Assembly (NCBI GenBank): GCA_032718475.1
Contig: JAUCBJ010006844.1
Span: forward strand, 39,006 to 103,005
Direction: 5' to 3'
Source of the DNA: Nemertoderma westbladi
Lineage: Eukaryota > Animalia > Xenacoelomorpha
DNA: 64,000 nt
Shown: one piece after another, positions 20,585 through 32,100 of the stretch
Layout: every line of letters starts with the position of its first letter
Numbering within the stretch: position 1 is the stretch's first letter
Made by a program: the position numbers and the translations under genes
Notes under the pieces: generated by a model
Seen by the model: only the letters and a program-made list of their open reading frames with translations
The model's database searches: none
What the model was told of the DNA's origin: nothing

Positions 20585-20984
20585 GTGTCGGCGTTGCATT
20601 ACCCCCCCTCTCAAAATGACCGAACAAATGTTTCCAAGATGCTGAGCGAATTCGGCATAAAGTCCAACTCTATCGATGTTTTCCATCGTTTTGGTCCTGT
20701 TAAGGGCCTTGGCACTCACCCTATTATCGTGAAATTCTTGGGTCACGCTCATCACATCACTATACTGCCTTTGCGAACAAAGCGAAGCTTCCAGACCATG
20801 TGTACGTAACCGAACATTTAACTCACCTTTCTTTGTGCGGAACTAATCATGCTGCAACTGAAATAAAAAAAAATTCAACTTGGGTTCAGCCTACTCCTTC
20901 AATGGGAATGTTTGTATTTGTATTACGAAAGGAGGGAATCCAGAATCGATTACCAACCACTCTGATTTGGTAGCCATATAACAG
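20585..20984 (+). pseudogene. Possible decayed LINE ORF1-like fragment
   Basis: IDVFHRFGP...HPIIVKF resembles the HRxG..RPIIVKF motif of LINE ORF1 RRM domains. Heavily decayed. Confidence 0.3.
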
Positions 20985-21300
20985 TAGGGTGGATCGAATT
21001 TTGCCAAAGTTGGAAATCAAAGAATGGCTAGTGCTAAAAAGTGGCACATGGGCTTAAGAACTATGCATGCAAAATATTTTTTAATTTGGTTAAGTCCTTG
21101 CTCCCCCCCAAAGCCTCTGAATTTTGATAAAGATAGGCGCGATAAGGTGGTAGTAAATCGGCTAGACTATATGAAGGTTATGGCACTTGTAGTCACTCCC
21201 TTGAGCTCACTTTGGGCTCATTCAAAGCGCATTGGTCGATTTAGTTATTCAATATTTCGTTTCTGGGCATGGCAGCCACTATTTTCCTCACTCTGCTCAT
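20985..21300 (+). repeat. Left terminal inverted repeat (imperfect, ~300 bp)
   Basis: Reverse-complement match to ~25130-25443, strongest in the outer ~140 bp. Confidence 0.85.
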
Positions 21301-21873
21301 TTTTGTGCTTTTGGATGTATAAAATAAATATATTCATATATTCCACTTCTATATTGTGGCAAATTGAAAGTATTATATTTGTATTACAATTGTTCCATTC
21401 AGGCAATCGTGTAATGAATTCAGGCAGTACCAGTATAGGAGTGTTGAGGCCCAGCACTGTTCATTGTTGGATTATTACTACCGTATGTCAGTAGTGTATG
21501 GTATGATTTCCCTGTTCAGTATTGGATTACTACAACTACAGTCAGACTGTCTGTAGACAATGTCAGTAGCGTAGGGTATGGTTGCCCTGTTCATTGTTGC
21601 ATTACTACAGTCAGACAGTCTGTAGACAATGTCAGTATAGTAGTTTAGGGTAGACTTATTGTGAATTAGTAAACAGTAATGCCTGATGCAGTTTTACTCA
21701 ATGTTAGGCATATTGAGAGAAGTGGGTACTATCAGACAGTAGATTCAGGGCTGTAGGTCAATGGTACTTTCATAGGTAAGAAGTATGGAGATAGTAGTGT
21801 CACTGTCATGTCAATAGGCCTACATTACCCAATGTACTAATGTTTCTGTACTCTGTACTAGTCTAGTCTTTTA

Positions 21874-23424
21874 GTGATGGCACTTCTTAGAACACAAACA
21901 GCCTGCCCAGTAATTGGAGCACCTGCTGATCTCCCAACAACATGTTTGCCAACCCATGGCGACGTTTTGAGGTACTATCAGTACATAAGGAAATTGGATA
22001 CAACGACTGGAGTTACAAAAACAATGCCATCATTGGATATATATAAAATGGTCGCTGGTCAATTAGAGAAACTGTGGACTAGAGCATCATTACCTTACAA
22101 CTCCCATAAGAGGATTGTGGACAAGCTTCTTGCTTACCATGCAAATTACATAAAGATTCTCAAGCATGTTGATAGAAAGCAACAGCTTGCTAAGTTTAGA
22201 CAACATGCAGATTCAACACTCTTTGATATAACAACGTGTAAATGTAAAGACTTTTTGACATGCTCTTGCGCCAGAGAACTTAGAGTGCCAGAAGAAGAAC
22301 AGTCGTTTTTGTTAGACCAACGTGGCGACCGTCAAATGATGATAGCAGGTGTTGATGTACCACTAACTAATCAAATTGAACAGAAGCGCAAGCGAAAACT
22401 CTCTAGACAACTTCAATTTGTCCCACATCAGGTCTCTCCAATTGTGAATTCAGTAACTGATGTTGATTATACTTCTTCAGATGATGATGCTGAATCAAAG
22501 GCTCCCATGGTTGAGTATGATCCAATACCATCAACTTCATGGTCGGATGTTAGTTGTAGGCCTGATTCTGAAAGTGCTGTCCAACAATCTGTTCACCAAA
22601 TGAGACGTGAATTACCAACATTATCCCGTGAATGCGATAGACATGGGGTATCTGATAGAGCTGCTGCATCTATTGCTACAGCAGTGTTGCAGGATTTTGG
22701 AATTGTACACACTGAGGATACTACTAGTGTCATTGACCGAATGAAAATTCGGCGTGAGAGAGAGAAACAGCGAAATATAGAAATTAACACACCTGACACT
22801 GATCTCTATGGATTATATTTTGATGGTCGCAAAGATTTAACCATAATGCAGGAGATGATTGGTAACAAATATTACTATCGGACTGCAAAAGAAGAACATA
22901 TATCATTATTATCAGAGCCTGGCTCTACTTATATTGGCCATATCACTCCAGATGGTGGGGATGCAGTTAGTATCTCTGTAGCAATAAGTAAATATCTTCT
23001 GGAGAGAGATATTGCAACTGAAAAGTTGGTGGCTGTGGGGTCAGATGGGACTGCAGTTAATACTGGTCATCTTGGAGGCATTATTAGGTTATTGGAAGTT
23101 ACTTATGGTCGTCCATTGCAGTGGTTTATATGCCAACTACATTTAAATGAACTTCCACTACGACATATTCTGGTTCACCTGGATGGAGTCACTTCAGGGC
23201 CAAAATCATTTACTGGTGTAATTGGCAAGTCATTGGCATTTGTTAGTCTACCTGACCTGGTCTCCTTTAAACCCATTCCAGCACCAAACCTACCAGTTGT
23301 TCCTGCTAAAGTCAGACATGACCTCAGTGATGATCAGCGATATTTGTATGATATGTGTATTGCCATACAGTCTGGTGTTTGCTCTTCAGATCTTGCAAAG
23401 AAGCTTCCAGTAGATGATTGGTAA
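21874..23424 (+). CDS. hAT-type transposase, N-terminal part (stops in duplication junction)
   Basis: FDGRKD, DGTAVNTG, CQLHLNELPLRH motifs. Confidence 0.88.
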   Translation: MMALLRTQTACPVIGAPADLPTTCLPTHGDVLRYYQYIRKLDTTTGVTKTMPSLDIYKMVAGQLEKLWTRASLPYNSHKRIVDKLLAYHANYIKILKHVDRKQQLAKFRQHADSTLFDITTCKCKDFLTCSCARELRVPEEEQSFLLDQRGDRQMMIAGVDVPLTNQIEQKRKRKLSRQLQFVPHQVSPIVNSVTDVDYTSSDDDAESKAPMVEYDPIPSTSWSDVSCRPDSESAVQQSVHQMRRELPTLSRECDRHGVSDRAAASIATAVLQDFGIVHTEDTTSVIDRMKIRREREKQRNIEINTPDTDLYGLYFDGRKDLTIMQEMIGNKYYYRTAKEEHISLLSEPGSTYIGHITPDGGDAVSISVAISKYLLERDIATEKLVAVGSDGTAVNTGHLGGIIRLLEVTYGRPLQWFICQLHLNELPLRHILVHLDGVTSGPKSFTGVIGKSLAFVSLPDLVSFKPIPAPNLPVVPAKVRHDLSDDQRYLYDMCIAIQSGVCSSDLAKKLPVDDW

Positions 23425-23451
23425 CAAATATTACTATCGGACTTCCAGGAG

Positions 23452-24717
23452 ATGATTGGTAACAAATATTACTATCGGACTGCAAAAGAAGAACATATAT
23501 CATTATTATCAGAGCCTGGCTCTGCTTATATTGGCCATATCACTCCAGATGGTGGGGATGCAGTTAGTATCTCTGTAGCAATAAGTAAATATCTTCTGGA
23601 GAGAGATATTGCAACTGAAAAGTTGGTGGCTGTGGGGTCAGATGGGACTGCAGTTAATACTGGTCATCTTGGAGGCATTATTAGGTTATTGGAAGTTACT
23701 TATGGTCGTCCATTGCAGTGGTTTATATGCCAACTACATTTAAATGAACTTCCACTACGACATATTCTGGTTCACCTGGATGGAGTCACTTCAGGGCCAA
23801 AATCATTTACTGGTGTAATTGGCAAGTCATTGGCATTTGTTAGTCTACCTGACCTGGTCTCCTTTAAACCCATTCCAGCACCAAACCTACCAGTTGTTCC
23901 TGCTAAAGTCAGACATGACCTCAGTGATGATCAGCGATATTTGTATGATATGTGTATTGCCATACAGTCTGGTGTTTGCTCTTCAGATCTTGCAAAGAAG
24001 CTTCCAGGACCACTGTCACATTCCAGGTGGTTAACTCTTGGATGTCGTATACTTCGGCTTTATGTATCTTGTAAAGATCCTCACCCGAATCTGGTTACTC
24101 TTACTTCTTACATCCTAAATGCTTATGCACCAATATGGTTCAATATAAAGTGTCAGTGGGAATGCATCTTTGGACCTAAACATCTGCTTTGCCTTATACA
24201 GTACACCAGATACCTGTCAACTGATTTGCGGGACATTGTAGACACTACTATACAACGGAATGCCTTCTTTGCACATGAAGAAAACGTTCTTCTGTCTATG
24301 TTGTTTGACGAGGATAAGGGAATACAACAACTGGCCTTAAGGAGAATATTAAAGTACAGGTCTTTAGAAGTATCTTCAGCAGAATGTGTCAGGTCATTCA
24401 GAGTCCCAGTAATAAACTTTAGTTCCGTAGATTACTACGATTTAATTGACTGGACCACAGCCAAGTATGAACCCCCACTTACAAAGCACATACCAACTGA
24501 TTTAATTCGCAATAGTTTAGAAGGAACTGCTGATATAGACTTTCCATTTCCACGGTTTGCTTGCCACACACAAGCTGTAGAGAGGATTGTTAAACTTGTC
24601 ACTGAGGTTTCAGTGGCCGTGTGTGGATTTACAAGACGAGATGGAGCAATTCGCAACAAGCTGAGATCTTACTCTAAGATGAAGAGCTTCGAAAGCAAGA
24701 AAGACTACACGGTCTAA
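23452..24717 (+). CDS. hAT-type transposase, duplicated middle plus C-terminal part
   Basis: Repeats the ~187 aa preceding the junction, then continues SHSRWLT...CHTQAVERIVKLVTE. Same frame as 21874. Confidence 0.88.
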   Translation: MIGNKYYYRTAKEEHISLLSEPGSAYIGHITPDGGDAVSISVAISKYLLERDIATEKLVAVGSDGTAVNTGHLGGIIRLLEVTYGRPLQWFICQLHLNELPLRHILVHLDGVTSGPKSFTGVIGKSLAFVSLPDLVSFKPIPAPNLPVVPAKVRHDLSDDQRYLYDMCIAIQSGVCSSDLAKKLPGPLSHSRWLTLGCRILRLYVSCKDPHPNLVTLTSYILNAYAPIWFNIKCQWECIFGPKHLLCLIQYTRYLSTDLRDIVDTTIQRNAFFAHEENVLLSMLFDEDKGIQQLALRRILKYRSLEVSSAECVRSFRVPVINFSSVDYYDLIDWTTAKYEPPLTKHIPTDLIRNSLEGTADIDFPFPRFACHTQAVERIVKLVTEVSVAVCGFTRRDGAIRNKLRSYSKMKSFESKKDYTV

Positions 24718-25129
24718 TCTAATATACTTTAACTGTGCTCTCTGACAGATACCACACAAACCTACTGTATATACTAGAATATTTACTTTGGGTTTTAAAC
24801 AAACATTGATATTATAATACTTTAGTTAACTCTTAAATATGTTTCCCTATTTAGTTTATATAAAGGGATTGAAACATGAAATATTCAACAAACAATTAAC
24901 ATATTAACAAATTTTTTATACCTTGGAATTTCAACAGCAAATCATGCTTATCATTCATTCTACCCCATGTAAATCGACCATTATGATTTAAAAGAGCACA
25001 AATATGGCTCCATAGGGCCACAGAAGTGCATCAAATCCAGATTTACTAATTCCGGATAATTGCAGCTTATCACACTTATTATGCAGCTTGACCGGAGTAT
25101 GTTTTTGGACATAAAAAAAACGACAAAAT

Positions 25130-25443
25130 TGAGCTCAGTGAACAAAATATTGTTCCTAGCATACAGAAATTAAATATTTCATAACTAAATCGACTATTGC
25201 GCTTCGAATGAGACTAAAATGAGCTCAAGGGAGTGAATAGAAGCGCTAAAACCTTCAAATAGACTGACTGATTTCAAACGCATTATCGCGCCTCTACTTT
25301 TCAAACTTCAGAGGCTTTGGGGGGGAGCAAGGACTTAATCAAATTAAAAAATATTTTGCATGCATATTTCTAAAGCCCATGTGCCACTTTTTAGCTCTAG
25401 CCATTCTTTGATTTCCAACTTTTGCAAAATTCGATCCACCCTA
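25130..25443 (-). repeat. Right terminal inverted repeat
   Basis: Inverse of 20985-21300. Confidence 0.85.
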
Positions 25444-26135
25444 ATATAACAGGTCCTTAAGTTCTGTGGGCTTCAAACGCACTGTGGTTCTCCTCGTAAC
25501 CATGCTCAATTGACCTCATACCTAACAACAGGTTCGCCTCTCTTGTTAATCCTGATGATAGCAATGAGTAGCTTTCTGTGATTTGAACTGTGTCAATATT
25601 CTGCGACATTGTAATTTTTTACTAAGGATTTGTTTTTTCCTTGCTCAGTTTAGTGAGTTTTCTTTTCGTTCCAGGGAGTTCTTTTTTCTTGTTCGGTTTA
25701 TTGCTGTATTGTGTTTCTGTTCATTTTCTATGTTGTGTTGCCTAACTGTATTACTTATGTGTAAAAAAACATGGTTCGCCTCTTTTGTTAATCCCGTTGA
25801 TGATGGCGAGTTGTAGCTTTATGTGATGGTTCTGATAAATGAAACAATTCAGACTTGTGCCTTTTACTGGTCACTGTTTATTACCTATTATATTTCTATT
25901 ATACATGGAAGGAAAAACAAGAAGCAAGCTTTACCGAGATCTGAGTTACTACATCCATCCCTACTATATATTCATCATTTCCTGTAATATAGTGTCATTT
26001 TCGGATGACACGGACCCCCCCCCCCCCCCCCCCCCCTCCCACCAGATTTTTCTACAAATCTATATCATAATGCTTGAAATTTGAAACACCATTAGTTCCA
26101 CGCACCGTCGAGACCCCATGAAGCGGAATTTTCGA

Positions 26136-29100
26136 TTTCCCTCACTATAAAAGTTTCTTCCACTAATTTGGTAACAGAAAGTCCTACTTTCCCTCACTAT
26201 AAAAGTTTCTTCCATTAATTTGGCAACAGAAAGTCCCACTTTCCCTCACTATAAAAGTTTCTTCCACTAATTTGGTAACAGAAAGTCCTACTTTCCCTCA
26301 CTATAAAAGTTTCTTCCACTAATTTGGTAACAGAAAGTCCTACTTTCCCTCACTATAAAAGTTTCTTCCACTAATTTTGTAACAGAAAGTCCTACTTTCC
26401 CTCACTATAAAAGTTTCTTCCACTAATTTAGTAACAGAAAGTCCTACTTTCCCTCACTATAAAAGTTTCTTCCACTAATTTGGTAACAGAAAGTCCTACT
26501 TTCCCTCACTATAAAAGTTTCTTCCATTAATTTGGTAACAGAAAGTCCTACTTTCCCTCGCTATAAAAGTTTCTTCCACTAATTTGGTAACATAAAGTCT
26601 TACTTTCCCTCACTATAATAGTTTCTTCCACTAATTTGGTAACAGAAAGTCCTACTTTCCCTTACTATAAAAGTTTCTTCCACTAATTTGGTGACAGAAA
26701 GTCCTACTTTCCCTCACTATAAAAGTTTCTTCCACTAATTTGGTAACAGAAAGTCCTACTTTCCCTCACTATAAAAGTTTCTTCCACTAATTTGGTAACA
26801 GAAAGTCCTACTTTCCCTCGCTATAAAAGTTTCTTCCACTAATTTGGTAACAGAAAGTCCTACTTTCCCTCACTATAAAAGTTTCTTCCACTAATTTGGT
26901 AACCGAAAGTCCTACTTTTCCTCGCTATAAAAGTTTCTTCCACTAATTTGGTAACAGAAAGTCCTACTTTCCCTCGCTATAAAAGTTTCTTCCACTAATT
27001 TGGTAACAGAAAGTCCTACTTTCCCTCACTATAACAGTTTCTTCCACTAATTTGGTAACAGAAAGTCCTACTTTCCCTCGCTATAAAAGTTTCTTCCACT
27101 AATTTGGCAACAGAAAGTCTTACTTTCCCTCACTATAAAAGTTTCTTCCACTAATTTGGTAACAGAAAGTCCCACTTTCCCTCACTATAAAAGTTTCTTC
27201 CACTAATTTGGTAACAGAAAGTCCTACTTTCCCTCACTATAAAAGTTTCTTCCACTAATTTGGTAACAGAAAGTCCTACTTTCCCTCGCTATAAAAGTTT
27301 CTTCCACTAATTTGGTAACAGAAAGTCCTACTTTCCCTCGCTATAAAAGTTTCTTCCACTAATTTGGTAACAGAAAGTCCTACTTTCCCTCACTATAAAA
27401 GTTTCTTCCACTAATTTGGTAACAGAAAGTCCTACTTTCCCTCACTATAAAAGTTTCTTCCACTAATTTGGTAACAGAAAGTCCCACTTTCCCTCACTAT
27501 AAAAGTTTCTTCCACTAATTTGGTAACAGAAAGTCCTACTTTCCCTCACTATAAAAGTTTCTTCCACTAATTTGGTAACAGAAAGTCCTACTTTCCCTCG
27601 CTATAAAAGTTTCTTCCACTAATTTGGTAACAGAAAGTCCTACTTTCCCTCGCTATAAAAGTTTCTTCCACTAATTTGGTAACAGAAAGTCCTACTTTCC
27701 CTCACTATAAAAGTTTCTTCCACTAATTTGGTAACAGAAAGTCCTACTTTCCCTCGCTATAAAAGTTTCTTCCATTAATTTGGTAACAGAAAGTCCTACT
27801 TTCCCTCACTATAAAAGTTTCTTCCACTAATTTGGTAACAGAAAGTCCTACTTTCCCTCGCTATAAAAGTTTCTTCCATTAATTTGGTAACAGAAAGTCC
27901 TACTTTCCCTCACTATAAAAGTTTCTTCCACTAATTTGGTAACAGAAAGTCCTACTTTCCCTCACTATAAAAGTTTCTTCCACTAATTTGGTAACAGAAA
28001 GTCCTACTTTCCCTCGCTATAAAAGTTTCTTCCACTAATTTGGTAACAGAAAGTCCTACTTTCCCTTACTATAAAAGTTTCTTCCACTAATTTGGTAACA
28101 GAAAGTCCTACTTTCCCTCGCTATAAAAGTTTCTTCCACTAATTTGGTAACAGAAAGTCCTACTTTCCCTCACTATAAAAGTTTCTTCCACTAATTTTGT
28201 AACAGAAAGTCCTACTTTCCCTCACTATAAAAGTTTCTTCCACTAATTTAGTAACAGAAAGTCCTACTTTCCCTCACTATAAAAGTTTCTTCCACTAATT
28301 TGGTAACAGAAAGTCCTACTTTCCCTCACTATAAAAGTTTCTTCCATTAATTTGGTAACAGAAAGTCCTACTTTCCCTCGCTATAAAAGTTTCTTCCACT
28401 AATTTGGTAACATAAAGTCTTACTTTCCCTCACTATAATAGTTTCTTCCACTAATTTGGTAACATAAAGTCTTACTTTCCCTCACTATAAAAGTTTCTTC
28501 CACTAATTTGGTAACAGAAAGTCCTACTTTCCCTCACTATAAAAGTTTCTTCCACTAATTTGGTGACAGAAAGTCCTACTTTCCCTCACTATAAAAGTTT
28601 CTTCCACTAATTTGGTAACAGAAAGTCCTACTTTCCCTCACTATAAAAGTTTCTTCCACTAATTTGGTAACAGAAAGTCCTACTTTCCCTCGCTATAAAA
28701 GTTTCTTCCACTAATTTGGTAACAGAAAGTCCTACTTTCCCTCACTATAAAAGTTTCTTCCACTAATTTGGTAACCGAAAGTCCTACTTTTCCTCGCTAT
28801 AAAAGTTTCTTCCACTAATTTGGTAACAGAAAGTCCTACTTTCCCTCGCTATAAAAGTTTCTTCCACTAATTTGGTAACAGAAAGTCCTACTTTCCCTCA
28901 CTATAACAGTTTCTTCCACTAATTTGGTAACAGAAAGTCCTACTTTCCCTCGCTATAAAAGTTTCTTCCACTAATTTGGCAACAGAAAGTCTTACTTTCC
29001 CTCACTATAAAAGTTTCTTCCACTATTTTGGTAACAGAAAGTCCCACTTTCCCTCACTATAAAAGTTTCTTCCACTAATTTGGTAACAGAAAGTCTTACT

Positions 29101-32100
29101 TTCCCTCACTATAAAAGTTTCTTCCACTAATTTGGTAACAGAAAGTCCTACTTTCCCTCGCTATAAAAGTTTCTTCCACTAATTTGGTAACAGAAAGTCT
29201 TACTTTCCCTCACTATAAAAGTTTCTTCCACTAATTTGGTAACAGAAAGTCCTACTTTCCCTCACTATAAAAGTTTCTTCCACTAATTTGGTAACAGAAA
29301 GTCCTACTTTCCCTCGCTATAAAAGTTTCTTCCACTAATTTGGTAACAGAAAGTCCTACTTTCCCTCACTATAAAAGTTTCTTCCACTAATTTGGTAACA
29401 GAAAGTCTTACTTTCCCTCACTATAAAAGTTTCTTCCACTAATTTGGTAACAGAAAGTCCTACTTTCCCTCGCTATAAAAGTTTCTTCCACTAATTTGGT
29501 AACAGAAAGTCCTACTTTCCCTCGCTATAAAAGTTTCTTCCACTAATTTGGTAACAGAAAGTCTTACTTTCCCTCACTATAAAAGTTTCTTCCACTAATT
29601 TGGTAACAGAAAGTCCCACTTTCCCTCACTATAAAAGTTTCTTCCACTAATTTGGTAACAGAAAGTCTTACTTTCCCTCACTATAAAAGTTTCTTCCACT
29701 AATTTGGTAACAGAAAGTCCTACTTTCCCTCGCTATAAAAGTTTCTTCCACTAATTTGGTAACAGAAAGTCCTACTTTCCCTCACTATAAAAGTTTCTTC
29801 CACTAATTTGGTAACAGAAAGTCCTACTTTCCCTCACTATAAAAGTTTCTTCCACTAATTTGGTAACAGAAAGTCCTACTTTCCCTCACTATAAAAGTTT
29901 CTTCCACTAATTTGGTAACAGAAAGTCCTACTTTCCCTCGCTATAAAAGTTTCTTCCACTAATTTGGTAACAGAAAGTCCTACTTTCCCTCACTATAAAA
30001 GTTTCTTCCACTAATTTGGTAACAGAAAGTCCTACTTTCCCTCACTATAAAAGTTTCTTCCACTAATTTGGTAACAGAAAGTCCCACTTTCCCTCACTAT
30101 AAAAGTTTCTTCCACTAATTTGGTAACAGAAAGTCCTACTTTCCCTCACTATAAAAGTTTCTTCCACTAATTTGGTAACAGAAAGTCCTACTTTCCCTCG
30201 CTATAAAAGTTTCTTCCACTAATTTGGTAACAGAAAGTCCTACTTTCCCTCGCTATAAAAGTTTCTTCCACTAATTTGGTAACAGAAAGTCCTACTTTCC
30301 CTCACTATAAAAGTTTCTTCCACTAATTTGGTAACAGAAAGTCCCACTTTCCCTCACTATAAAAGTTTCTTCCACTAATTTGGTAACAGAAAGTCCTACT
30401 TTCCCTCGCTATAAAAGTTTCTTCCACTAATTTGGTAACAGAAAGTCCTACTTTCCCTCACTATAAAAGTTTCTTCCACTAATTTGGTAACAGAAAGTCC
30501 TACTTTCTCTCACTATAAAAGTTTCTTCCACTAATTTGGTAACAGAAAGTCCTACTTTCCCTCGCTATAAAAGTTTCTTCCACTAATTTGGTAATAGAAA
30601 GTCCTACTTTCCCTTACTATAAAAGTTTCTTCCACTAATTTGGTGACAGAAAGTCCTACTTTCCCTCACTATAAAAGTTTCTTCCACTAATTTTGTAACA
30701 GAAAGTCCTACTTTCCCTCACTATAAAAGTTTCTTCCACTAATTTAGTAACAGAAAGTCCTACTTTCCCTCACTATAAAAGTTTCTTCCACTAATTTGGT
30801 AACAGAAAGTCCTACTTTCCCTCACTATAAAAGTTTCTTCCATTAATTTGGTAACAGAAAGTCCTACTTTCCCTCGCTATAAAAGTTTCTTCCACTAATT
30901 TGGTAACATAAAGTCTTACTTTCCCTCACTATAATAGTTTCTTCCACTAATTTGGTAACGGAAAGTCCTACTTTCCCTTACTATAAAAGTTTCTTCCACT
31001 AATTTGGTGACAGAAAGTCCTACTTTCCCTCACTATAAAAGTTTCTTCCACTAATTTGGTAACAGAAAGTCCTACTTTCCCTCAATATAAAAGTTTCTTC
31101 CACTAATTTGGTAACAGAAAGTCCTACTTTCCCTCGCTATAAAAGTTTCTTCCACTAATTTGGTAACAGAAAGTCCTACTTTCCCTCGCTATAAAAGTTT
31201 CTTCCACTAATTTGGTAACAGAAAGTCCTACTTTCCCTCGCTATAAAAGTTTCTTCCACTAATTTGGCAACAGAAAGTCCTACTTTCCCTCACTATAAAA
31301 GTTTCTTCCACTAATTTGGTAACAGAAAGTCTTACTTTCCCTCACTATAAAAGTTTCTTCCATTAATTTGGCAACAGAAAGTCCCACTTTCCCTCACTAT
31401 AAAAGTTTCTTCCACTAATTTGGTAACAGAAAGTCCTACTTTCCCTCACTATAAAAGTTTCTTCCATTAATTTGGTAACAGAAAGTCCTACTTTCCCTCG
31501 CTATAAAAGTTTCTTCCACTAATTTGGTAACATAAAGTCTTACTTTCCCTCACTATAATAGTTTCTTCCCCTAATTTGGTAACAGAAAGTCCTACTTTCC
31601 CTTACTATAAAAGTTTCATCCACTAATTTGGTGACAGAAAGTCCTACTTTCCCTCACTATAAAAGTTTCTTCCACTAATTTGGTAACAGAAAGTCCTACT
31701 TTCCCTCACTATAAAAGTTTCTTCCACTAATTTGGTAACAGAAAGTCCTACTTTCCCTCGCTATAAAAGTTTCTTCCACTAATTTGGTAACAGAAAGTCC
31801 TACTTTCCCTCGCTATAAAAGTTTCTTCCACTAATTTGGTAACAGAAAGTCCTACTTTCCCTCGCTATAAAAGTTTCTTCCACTAATTTGGCAACAGAAA
31901 GTCCTACTTTCCCTCACTATAAAAGTTTCTTCCATTAATTTGGCAACAGAAAGTCCCACTTTCCCTCACTATAAAAGTTTCTTCCACTAATTTGGTAACA
32001 GAAAGTCCTACTTTCCCTCACTATAAAAGTTTCTTCCATTAATTTGGTAACAGAAAGTCCTACTTTCCCTCACTATAAAAGTTTCTTCCATTAATTTGGT

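Larger units (their letters stand above)
20985..25443 (+). mobile_element. hAT-superfamily DNA transposon (hATm-like) with long imperfect TIRs and 9-bp TSD
   Basis: Termini TAGGGTGGATCGAATTTTGC...GCAAAATTCGATCCACCCTA. ATATAACAG duplicated at 20976-20984 and 25444-25452. Transposase ORF inside. Confidence 0.92.
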
